64,000 nt of DNA from an uncultured delta proteobacterium (GTDB lineage Bacteria > Myxococcota_A > Polyangia > Polyangiales > Polyangiaceae). The translations under genes were made by a program, and so were the position numbers. The stretch spans positions 1,632,001-1,696,000 of the forward strand of contig CAWDXG010000001.1 in NCBI GenBank assembly GCA_963806225.1, in the 5' to 3' direction. Shown here piece after piece: positions 32,035-41,070 of the stretch; the first letter of the stretch is position 1, and the number at the start of each line of letters is the position of its first letter. A model generated the notes under the pieces. The model had not been told where the DNA came from. It made no database searches and saw nothing but the letters and a program-made list of their open reading frames with translations.

Positions 32035-32476
32035 GGTGCTTCTTACCTTACGTAACGAGAGATTGGTGTCGCTGCTTTGTTTCGCTGGGGCCGGATTACG
32101 TTTCCGCCATCGCCCTGAGTAGCATGCGTTCAACATGTGTCCTAGACACTAGCTCGTCAAGGCCTGCGGTCGTGCGTGAATTCCTTGGTTTGCCCTATGC
32201 TTGGGGTTCACTCGAATTTTAGTACGCAGCAGGGCCCTGATCGGTTCCACCTACGGGCAACCGTCATGTCGATTTGTCCGCTCGACCCCATCGCGCGCGA
32301 CAAACGGCCTGGCCGCCTGGCGCAGACGAACGGCGTCAGACAAGCCGGAAGCTCGCCAAGCCCGGCGTGAGGATGAAAAAGTGCGCCCGGACGCGCGGAG
32401 ATGCGGCCAGCTGGCGACGCAGGCGTCGGGGCCCGGTTCCGCAGTCCACCGCTGCGGCCCCCAGCCCCGAGCGGGC

Positions 32477-32800
32477 TCACACCTGGAAGGACGAACCGCA
32501 GCCGCAGGTGCCGGTCACGTTCGGGTTCCCGAACTTGAAGCCGGAGCCATGCACACCGTCGACGTAGTCGATCTCGGTCCCGTCGAGGTACTGGAAGCTC
32601 AGCGGATCGACGTACAGCTGGACGCCATTCGACTCGAACGTCTCGTCCATATCTGTCGGCTTGTCCTCGAAATAGAGGTCGTACTGGAAGCCGGCGCAGC
32701 CACCTCCGATGACGCGCAGCCTCAGGCCTTGACCATCGAGGCCCTCGGCCTGGGCAATGTCCTTGACCTTGTCTGCTGCGAGCGTGGTTATCGAGATCAT
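32477..32800 (-). CDS. HesB/IscA/ErpA-family Fe-S cluster carrier
   Basis: GGGCAGFQY, IDYVD, GFKFGNPN, TCGCGSSF. Confidence 0.95.
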   Translation of the reverse strand: MISITTLAADKVKDIAQAEGLDGQGLRLRVIGGGCAGFQYDLYFEDKPTDMDETFESNGVQLYVDPLSFQYLDGTEIDYVDGVHGSGFKFGNPNVTGTCGCGSSFQV

Positions 32801-33033
32801 CGGGAGCTGGCCCTCCTGGCGAGCGTTACATAGTTCTGCGCCAGCTGATCGGCGCCTGATCACTGACAAGTATACGCATCGCGCTCCGGACTCGCCAGGG
32901 GGCACCTGATCCAGCAGAGTCAGCAATTTCCGGCACCGGCGCTTGAGCGTTTCCAGGGACTTTCCAGGCCTTCCGCGCGTCTGGTCGGGCTCCGGCGAGC
33001 GTGGTACGAGGGCTTTCGCTTCGAAGCTTCTCA

Positions 33034-35146
33034 ATGTTGTCCCGCCCCCATCTCCGTGCCGTGGGCGCGCTCGTCTCGCTGGCGGCGCTCTCCGGGGCGA
33101 CGGCCGCGACGGCCGCCAGCTTCGATGCCACCGGTATGCTCGTGCTGGACGCGCATGCGGCGTGGACGCTGGGCTTCGAGCCCGGCGATCCGCACCTGCC
33201 GCCGGCCGCTCCCGCTGACGCCGGCGCGCCGGATGGTGGCGACGCGGGCACCGAAGCGGGCGCGGAAGCGGGGGCTCCGGACGCTGCTCCGCCGCTCGAC
33301 ATCGGCAAGGACTCGCACGCGATAGAAGGCAGCCACTGTGCTCCACGTCGCGCAGTTCCAGGGCGTCAACATCCCCGTCACGCTGCCCTCCGACTCTCAC
33401 AGCTACCGCGTGAGCCTGTGGGCGAGGGGCGAGGTGATAGCCACCGTGGAGGCGGGCTACGACACGGGCCGCATCGACGAATATGGCCAGCTGTTCCCCA
33501 CGGGGCGCATGACCAGCGACGGCTGGTACGAGCTGTCGACCGACGCCTTCTCCTTCGACGCCTCCAGCGCGAAGGTCGTCCAGGTCGGCCTCTTTTCGCC
33601 GGTGGGCGCCGATGTGGACGCCATCGAGATTTCCGTGGCCGGACCGGCTGCCGCGGAAAACGCCTGTGGGGGCGTGTCGGATCCACTCGCGTGCGCCCCC
33701 GACCAGGAGTGCCAGTGGGGACACTGTCGCAACATGACCGCCCAGGTGCCTGCGCTGCCGCCGGTCGACTATCGGGATCAGCTCGTCAGCTACCTCGACG
33801 CGCGCTTCCACTATCTGTTCGGTCCGTTCGAGAACCGCCGGCGCGATCTGCCGAACGCTCGCGCCGAGATAGACGCCATGCGCTCGGCGACGGACGCCTG
33901 GAGCTTCTGGAAGCACTTCAAGGTGGCGGTGCACCGGCTGCACGACTGGCACACCCAGGAAAGCGATCTCGCCGGCTACGTGATCGACAGTCCGAAGCCC
34001 ATCGCCGTGTGCTTCATCGAGGGCAACGCCGACGCTTCGCAGGCCGCGGCGCCGTCCACTCCCGGCTACATGGATGTGCTGGTTTCGCACGTTGGCGACG
34101 TGAATACCTTCGGGCTGCACACGGGAGACCGGCTGGTGAGCGTCGACGGCCGGCATCCGATCGAGTGGGCGCGTTCGCTGATCGGCGTCGACGACGGCTT
34201 CTGGACCGCGTCCAACCACAAGACGCACGCCGAGGATGCGTCGCGGCTGGGCTCGCTCATCGCGCGCTACGCCGATCACATCCAGGTTCTGCGCTGCGAC
34301 TCGAAAAGCGGCACCTGCGCGTCGAAGCCCGAGACGATCTCGATCAGCGCCCTCGCGCCGTCCCCTCCGGGCACGCGCACCGGGATCGCCTGCGACAACA
34401 GGCCATTTTCCCACGTCCCGGGCGCGCCGGCGAGCCACTCCACGCGCGGCACATACTCGGGGCTCGTCGTGGAGAGCAACCCGACCGAGGCCATCTACGG
34501 TCTGCAGTGGAGCTCGCTGTACGTCACCGGGACCGGACAGCAGGGCGACGTGGGGCCTGATCTCGACGCAGCGGTCTCGTTGTGGCGGCAGAAGGCCCGC
34601 GGCGTGATCCTCGACCACCGCACCGGTTTCGGCGGCACGTCGGCGGGCCCGCAGAAGATCTGGAGCTTCGTGCGCAAGCCGACGCCCCTCGACATCTTCG
34701 TGTTCCGCGATACCTCGGACGATCAGGGGCCCAAGGACACCAGCGAGGGGCTCGCGCTGTTCAACCAGCTCGCCGCGCTCGGCGAGACCGAATACGCCGG
34801 CGGGGGGAATCCCGCACTCGACATTCCGGTGGCATTGCTCACCACACTCGACGGTTCGGCGAGCGATTGGCTGCCGCTCGGCGTCAAGGGTGCGCCCAAG
34901 GCGCGCATCTTCGCGCCCTACGAAACGGCGGGCGGCTTCTCGACGCGCTTCCAGTTCGCCTACTGGCTTGGGCTCGGCTACTCGATCGCGGTCGGTGACA
35001 CGGTGAGTGCGGGGGGCCAGATGTTGAACGGTCACGGTGTCGAGCCGGACGTCCAGGTCGCTCCGCTGCAGTCGGATCTGCTCGCGGGTCGCGATACCGT
35101 CTACGATGCCGCGCTCACCTGGGTTCGCTCGGAGCTCAAGCCATGA
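33034..35146 (+). CDS. Secreted S41-family peptidase with PDZ-like segment (paralog 1); frameshift near 33335
   Basis: Signal peptide; LHDWHT; GDRLVSVDG; VILDHRTGFGG; DGSASDW; TAGG; GHGVEPD. Confidence 0.8.
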
Positions 35147-35994
35147 GAGCGTCGATTCCGGCTTCGCTCCGGGCACTTGGTCTGTCCCTGCTGGTCGGCG
35201 GGGTCGCTGTGGCCTGCGGCAGCAACAGCGCCGTCAATCCGCTCCCGCAGCAGGACGCGGGGCCCGAGGCCAGCATCTCGTCGAAGCCACCCGACACGCC
35301 CGGCACGCCGCCCAAGCCCGCGGCGGTCAAGCGCACCGTCATCCAGCGCAATCCCTACGGTGACGTCGCGGCGAGCGACAATCTGCTCTGGGACGGCGAT
35401 TTCGAGTGGCAGACGGCGTTTGGTGACGAGTACGGCTGGGTGGATTCCTTGCTCTTCGCAGGCGTCGGCACGTTCCCCGAGATCCGGATCGGCGCCGAGT
35501 GCCACAGCGGCATGAAGTGCGGCTACATCGAAGCGGGTGGCAAGGCGTCTGCCATCGGCGTTTCGCCCTCCGGTGCGACGGTGAGCGCCAGCGCGTGGGT
35601 CAAGCCGCCGAGCGACAGCTGCTCCGACGTGAGTGTACAGCTCTTCAGCTGCAGCGGTGCGGGTGAGCCCGACGTGCCGCTGACCGACGCCGATGGGAAG
35701 ACCGACGCGGACGGCTGGTGCCATTTCCGCGCCGTGGCCCCGGAGCGCAAGAGCGCGACCTGTATAGTTTTCGACGCGAAGTTCGGCGGCGGGAAGGAAG
35801 CGCTCATCGACGATGCGGTGATCCAGGCTGCGCCCGTGGGCGCGCAGGCCCTCATCGCGTTTGGTCCCCCCGCGCCAGGCGATGTGGCTGCCGTCCGGCA
35901 GATGCAGAAGATCCTGCGGCAATACCTGAAGCCGACGACGCGCCCGCCCAGCGCCGCGCTCCAGGCCTACCGCGCGTGGAGGGCCGGGCGATGA
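35143..35994 (+). CDS. Lipoprotein with putative beta-sandwich (carbohydrate-binding-like) domain (paralog 1)
   Basis: Lipobox AVAC; NLLWDGDFE; SAWVK; IDDA; ATGA-coupled on both sides. Confidence 0.7.
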   Translation: MRASIPASLRALGLSLLVGGVAVACGSNSAVNPLPQQDAGPEASISSKPPDTPGTPPKPAAVKRTVIQRNPYGDVAASDNLLWDGDFEWQTAFGDEYGWVDSLLFAGVGTFPEIRIGAECHSGMKCGYIEAGGKASAIGVSPSGATVSASAWVKPPSDSCSDVSVQLFSCSGAGEPDVPLTDADGKTDADGWCHFRAVAPERKSATCIVFDAKFGGGKEALIDDAVIQAAPVGAQALIAFGPPAPGDVAAVRQMQKILRQYLKPTTRPPSAALQAYRAWRAGR

Positions 35995-38030
35995 GGATGC
36001 GGATGTTGGCGCTGGTTCCGGCCGGCGTAATGCTATTTTCGCACGGCGTCGCGCGGGCGGCGGACTTCGACCCGGCGGGGCATCTGGTGTTCGATCCGGA
36101 TGCCGTCGTGGTGCAGTCCTTCGAGGATTCCGGGAGTACGGCTGAAGGCGGCACGTTCCAGGTCAGCTGCAGCAAGACCTGCCAGTGGGAGAGCCGCGGC
36201 GGGAACCCCGGCGACGAGCTCGCTCTCGAGGGCAAGCGTTACGTCCACATCACCGCCCTGCGCGATCCGTTCGACGTCGAGCTGCCGCTGCCCGGGCTCG
36301 ACGGCTCGTACCGTTTCCGCGTGTGGGTGCGCCATGGGCGTGCCTCGGCTCGCGCGGTGTTCGAGTACACCTCGCAGGATCGCGACTCCGAGGTCGGCTA
36401 CATGTTTCCTACCGGCCGCGTCACCAGCGACGGCTGGGTGGAGCTCGAGTCCAATCCCGTCAGCGTGACCGGCAGCGAGCTGAGCCGCGCCTACCTCCGG
36501 CTCGACGGCACCGACGCGGACGTGGACGCGATCGAAGTCGTGCCCGGCGGAGACTACGACCCGGGCAGCGCGTGCCTGGGCGCGTCCGATCCGGTGTGCG
36601 GTGCGGGCAGCGTGTGCATCTCGGAGCGCTGCCGTCAGGGTGCCCGCTATGTGCCGCCGCTCCCGCCCGTCGCGTACCGCAGCAGCGTGACCGACTACCT
36701 GATCGGCCGCGTTCAGCACTTCTTCGGCGGGCACTACTCGCGCACGCACTACCTGCCGGTGGCGCTTGCCGAGATGGACAAGATGCGCACCGCGACCATG
36801 CCGTGGAGCTTCTGGAACGACTACTTCCAGGGTATGCGCATGCTGCACGACTGGCACACAAACACGAGCTCGGCGATCGGCATCCACGGAAGCCCGCGGC
36901 GCCTCGGGGCCTGTTTCGTCGAGGGGCAGGGGGATCTCACGCAGTCGACCTGGCCGACGGCGCCGGGCCACGAGGACGTGCTGGTCGCGTACACGGGGCC
37001 CGACAACACGATGGGCCTGCATCCGGGCGATCGTCTCGTCGCCGTCGACGGGCAGAACCCGATCGAGTGGGCGCGCTCGCTCACCAAGGCCAACTGGGGC
37101 TATCACGCCGCCGACGATCCGCACGTCGACGCGGACTTCGTCGAGGCGATGCGCGATCTCATCACGAGCTACGCCAGGAACTTCAGCGTGATCCGCTGCG
37201 ATTCGTCGTCGATGAGCTGTTCGGATACGATCGAGACGATTCCAGTGACCGATGTCCCGGTCGGCGGCAGCGTGGCCTACTGCGACAACCGCCCCGCCTA
37301 TCACCTGGAGAACCCGCCGTCGCAGCAGACGATCGCGCTGCACTACGCCGGGTTCTCGGACTGGCGCGACAAGGTCGTCGACTCGCAGCCGGGCGAGGAT
37401 ATCTACGGCATCACCTGGGATTCGCTCTACGGTCCGCAGGTGGATTCCTTCCTGCAGGACTCCATCGACTTCTTCAGGAAGAACGCGCGCGGCGTCATCC
37501 TGGACCACCGCGCGGGCAACGGCGGCACGATCGACGCGCCCGAGAAGCTCACCGAGCTCGTCCGCACGCCCTTCGACCTCTCGGTCGGTCCGACTTTCAT
37601 GTCGGTCGCCGACTACGACGGCCCCGATTCCAAGGCCGAGGGCCTCCAGCTGTTCAACGCCGGCAACGGCACGCTCTACCACGTCGGCAGCAACAATCCC
37701 GACCTGAAGCTGCCCGTCGCGCTGATCATCGATCGCGACGGATCGGCCAGCGACTGGCTACCACACGGGATGAAGGGTGCCCCGGACGTGCGCATCTTCG
37801 GGCCGCACCAGACGGCCGGCGCGTTCTCGTCGTTCTACCAGTTCCAGTACTGGTCGCGGCTGTCGTTCCAGCTGGCCAGCGGAGACACCATCGACTACCA
37901 GGGCAACGCGCTTCTCGGTCACGGCATCCAGCCCGATGTGATTGTCGACCACACGCAAACGGCGCTGATGCAGGGCAAGGACCTGCCGTACGAAGCCGCG
38001 CTGGCGTGGGTGAGGGGGCACCTGAAATGA
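35991..38030 (+). CDS. Secreted S41-family peptidase (paralog 2)
   Basis: Signal peptide ARA; LHDWHT; GDRLVAVDG; VILDHRAGNGG; DGSASDW; GHGIQPD. Confidence 0.85.
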   Translation: MRMRMLALVPAGVMLFSHGVARAADFDPAGHLVFDPDAVVVQSFEDSGSTAEGGTFQVSCSKTCQWESRGGNPGDELALEGKRYVHITALRDPFDVELPLPGLDGSYRFRVWVRHGRASARAVFEYTSQDRDSEVGYMFPTGRVTSDGWVELESNPVSVTGSELSRAYLRLDGTDADVDAIEVVPGGDYDPGSACLGASDPVCGAGSVCISERCRQGARYVPPLPPVAYRSSVTDYLIGRVQHFFGGHYSRTHYLPVALAEMDKMRTATMPWSFWNDYFQGMRMLHDWHTNTSSAIGIHGSPRRLGACFVEGQGDLTQSTWPTAPGHEDVLVAYTGPDNTMGLHPGDRLVAVDGQNPIEWARSLTKANWGYHAADDPHVDADFVEAMRDLITSYARNFSVIRCDSSSMSCSDTIETIPVTDVPVGGSVAYCDNRPAYHLENPPSQQTIALHYAGFSDWRDKVVDSQPGEDIYGITWDSLYGPQVDSFLQDSIDFFRKNARGVILDHRAGNGGTIDAPEKLTELVRTPFDLSVGPTFMSVADYDGPDSKAEGLQLFNAGNGTLYHVGSNNPDLKLPVALIIDRDGSASDWLPHGMKGAPDVRIFGPHQTAGAFSSFYQFQYWSRLSFQLASGDTIDYQGNALLGHGIQPDVIVDHTQTALMQGKDLPYEAALAWVRGHLK

Positions 38031-38839
38031 GCGTCCAGCGTGTCTTGTCGCTTGTCGTGCTCGCGCCGCTTCTGGTCGTGGCCTGCGCCGGGACTTCGAG
38101 TGTGAATCCGCTCGGTGCTGGGGGGCAGGCGGGTGCGGACAGCGGCGTGGATGCTGCGGGGGCGGCGGGCAGCGCGGGAGAGGCGTCGGTGCCTCCGGCG
38201 CAGACGGCCCAGCGTGTCCGCACCGTGGAACAGCGCAATCCCTACGGTCACACCGACATCAAGAACAACCTGATGGTCGACGGTGACTTTGAATTCACCG
38301 GCGCGTCGGGACAGTACGGCTGGTATGCGATCGCGAATGGCCAGCAGGCCGAGCTGCAGCGCGAGACAGGCGGGCTCTGCCACTCGGGTGTTGCGTGCGG
38401 AGTGATGACGCTCGGCACCGATTTCCTCGGGCAGGCGGCGGCACCCCCGAACCAGTCGATCAAGGTCAGTCTGTGGATCAAGCCGCCGAACGGTGACTGC
38501 AACGCAGTCAATGCGTCCCTCATCGAATGCTCGGTAGCGCTGCCGATCGTGCTGTCCAGCCTCAAGCCGGTGGCGAGCACGCCGGACGCGACGGGCTGGT
38601 GCCACCTGGAGGGGACCCAGTCGCCGATGCAGGTCCAGCCGTGCCTGTACCTGAAGACTTCCGTGGATCACGTACTGGTCGACGATGCGTCCCTCGTCGG
38701 AGTGCAGAGCCCCGGCACGGGCGCGACAGCGCTCGCGGCCACCGTGCCCAGCCCCGAGCTGTATGCACGCGTCAAGCGCGCGCTTGACTGGGTGCACCGC
38801 CACATGGTGATCGGGCGGGCAGCGCCGGGACGCCCCTGA
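38027..38839 (+). CDS. Lipoprotein (paralog 2 of 35143-35994)
   Basis: Lipobox VVAC; RTVEQRNPYG, NLMVDGDFE, CHSG..CG, WIKPP, GWCH, VDDA. Confidence 0.75.
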   Translation: MSVQRVLSLVVLAPLLVVACAGTSSVNPLGAGGQAGADSGVDAAGAAGSAGEASVPPAQTAQRVRTVEQRNPYGHTDIKNNLMVDGDFEFTGASGQYGWYAIANGQQAELQRETGGLCHSGVACGVMTLGTDFLGQAAAPPNQSIKVSLWIKPPNGDCNAVNASLIECSVALPIVLSSLKPVASTPDATGWCHLEGTQSPMQVQPCLYLKTSVDHVLVDDASLVGVQSPGTGATALAATVPSPELYARVKRALDWVHRHMVIGRAAPGRP

Positions 38840-38989
38840 GCGTTTCGCCGTTGGGGCCCGCCGGAATGCCTCAGGCGGCATCGCATCGCGCAACCCCTGC
38901 GCGTCCCTGTGCCGGCCGTTGCCCGGGCGTCCAGGCGCTTCGCTTCCAGCCTTGACGCGGGCGCGTCGCGGACCCTTGCTCTAGGCGTG

Positions 38990-39811
38990 ATGATCATCGG
39001 GGATCGGTGCGAGGCGAGTCAGGTGGTGGGGCTGTCGTCCGTTGCTCTGGCGCTCGGCTTGCTGTTCGCCGCCTTTCCGGCGCGCGCGCAGGATGCGGCG
39101 CCGGTCGCGGGAGCCCATGACTCGTCGGCCGCGTCGCAAGGGGGCAGCCCCTCGCGCGAGCTACCGCCACCGCCGCCTCGGTCGGCGGAGCCACCGTCGA
39201 CCGGTGGGGCCATGTCGGTGGAGACGCCACCGCCGCCCCCGCTCCGGGGGCGGACCTACCACATGCACGACGGCTTCTATCTGCGCATGAACCTGGGCGG
39301 CGGATACATAGGCAGCACCATTGGCCAGAGTGGTGCGCCGGACACCACGCTGTCCGGTGGCGGCGGCGCCTTCGATCTGATGATCGGTGGCACGCCGGGG
39401 CGGGGAGTGGTGATCGGCGGTGCGCTGCTCGGCAACACCGCACCCAACCCCAGCTATGAGGTCGACGGCAAGCAGCAGGACGTGGGCGCGCAGGTCAGTT
39501 TCCTGACGCTCGGTCCGTTCATCGACGGCTTTCCCGATCCGAAAGGCGGGTTCCACGTCGGCGGGATGCTCGGCGCTGCGGGGTTGTCCCTCGAAGACAA
39601 CGCGGGCGGTGGCAGCTCGACCACCACCTTCAGCGGCTACGGTGCGGGAGTTTGGGTCGGGTATGCGGCGTGGATCGCGCCGGAGTGGTCGATGGGCGGG
39701 ATGCTGCGTCTGACGGGTGCGCGGACGGTGCACGCGGCGACGGACACGACGCCCAGGCGGACGGCGAGCGCGCAGGCGATCACGATCCTGTTCACGGCGC
39801 TCTATCACTGA
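38990..39811 (+). CDS. Outer-membrane beta-barrel-like protein; start uncertain
   Basis: Signal ARA, Pro-rich linker, HDGFYLRMNLGGG, alternating Gly/aromatic strands, ends ILFTALYH. Confidence 0.7.
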   Translation: MIIGDRCEASQVVGLSSVALALGLLFAAFPARAQDAAPVAGAHDSSAASQGGSPSRELPPPPPRSAEPPSTGGAMSVETPPPPPLRGRTYHMHDGFYLRMNLGGGYIGSTIGQSGAPDTTLSGGGGAFDLMIGGTPGRGVVIGGALLGNTAPNPSYEVDGKQQDVGAQVSFLTLGPFIDGFPDPKGGFHVGGMLGAAGLSLEDNAGGGSSTTTFSGYGAGVWVGYAAWIAPEWSMGGMLRLTGARTVHAATDTTPRRTASAQAITILFTALYH

Positions 39812-39834
39812 CGCCGCTCCCCGTTGCAGGCGGC

Positions 39835-41070
39835 CTAGCGCTTGGCCTTGTCGCCCAGGAGCCACAAGAGGCCGGAGCGGCAGGCGACGACCATCCGGTG
39901 GGACCCGGCCGGGGCAACACCGACCGGGTCGGCGCAGGCCGTGCCCGGTGCGGTGTGAAGATCGCCGGCAGGCGTGACAATGCCGGCGTCGAGGCCGGGA
40001 CGCGCGAACGCCAGCGTGCCGGCGCTGTCCACGATCACGGGCGGCAGTGTCGTGCGCCGCACCAACGAAGGCACTGCGCCGCCGTCCGGCGAAAGGCTGC
40101 CGGGGATCAATGCCACTCGCAGCGTTTCCTTGCCTCGAGCGTCGTGTCCCAGCACGAGGCCGTCCTCCGTCGGCGTCAGCGTTTCGCGCGTGCGGGAGAT
40201 GGCCGGCGAGCCCAGCAGCAGGATCGAGGGGTCGTCCAGACGCACGTGCCGGATGCCGTTGTCCAGATCGAGCTCCACGAGCCGGTGATGGCCCACCGAC
40301 GCGCAGATGCTGTGCGAAGAGCACAGCGCTGGCCAACCGTCGACCTGTTCGCCGAAGCTGCCGACGCGCGAGGGAGCGTCGGGCGAGCGCCATGACAGCA
40401 CGTTGCCGCGGCGCGTGACGGCAAGCAGTGAACCCGAACGGCCGAGGAGTGCTTGCACCGTCTCCGGTGCGTCCGCCATCGACACGACGTGCCCAGCCGG
40501 ATCGACGCGGATCATCGTGCTGCCCAGCGACAGAGCTACTCCGCCACTGTCCAGTGGCAGGGGCGCAGCGACGAACGACGCACTCGACCCGGACGCCGGC
40601 AAGGCGCGCTTGAAGCGCACGTGTCCCGTCGCGTCCACGCCGACCAGCTGCGGCCCCGGGACGACCACGACGCGCGTCCCGTCGCTGGTGATGACAGGCG
40701 TGGTCAGGGGCGCACCGCGCCCGGTGTGGACGGTCCACTCGGGCTTGCCGTGTGGATCGATCTGCACGATCTGCGCGATCGAGCTCGCGATCACGATCGC
40801 ACCGCGGGCGTCCACGCTCACCGAGTGCGCGATCCCGCCCTGTGCGCGGGTACGCCACAGCACGCGGGGAGCCAGCGGCAAAGGGCTTCTGCTCCGCCCC
40901 GTCCGGCCGGGAGTGAGGCGCATCATCGAGGCTGGCGCGCTGGGACGGCCGACAATCCGCTGCTGCGGCAGCGTCGGGTCGATCGGCTGGGCGCGCGACC
41001 AGGCGGCGGCGGCGACGACGCTCCCGGCGAGCAGCGCGCCGAGCGCGCGTCGCGTCGCGCTACTCTGCAC
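39835..41070 (-). CDS. Exported PQQ-like beta-propeller protein
   Basis: GTG start overlapping the kinase end, signal-like N-terminus, repeats IDPHGKPEW, VDATGHVRF, VDPAGHV. Confidence 0.65.
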   Translation of the reverse strand: MQSSATRRALGALLAGSVVAAAAWSRAQPIDPTLPQQRIVGRPSAPASMMRLTPGRTGRSRSPLPLAPRVLWRTRAQGGIAHSVSVDARGAIVIASSIAQIVQIDPHGKPEWTVHTGRGAPLTTPVITSDGTRVVVVPGPQLVGVDATGHVRFKRALPASGSSASFVAAPLPLDSGGVALSLGSTMIRVDPAGHVVSMADAPETVQALLGRSGSLLAVTRRGNVLSWRSPDAPSRVGSFGEQVDGWPALCSSHSICASVGHHRLVELDLDNGIRHVRLDDPSILLLGSPAISRTRETLTPTEDGLVLGHDARGKETLRVALIPGSLSPDGGAVPSLVRRTTLPPVIVDSAGTLAFARPGLDAGIVTPAGDLHTAPGTACADPVGVAPAGSHRMVVACRSGLLWLLGDKAKR

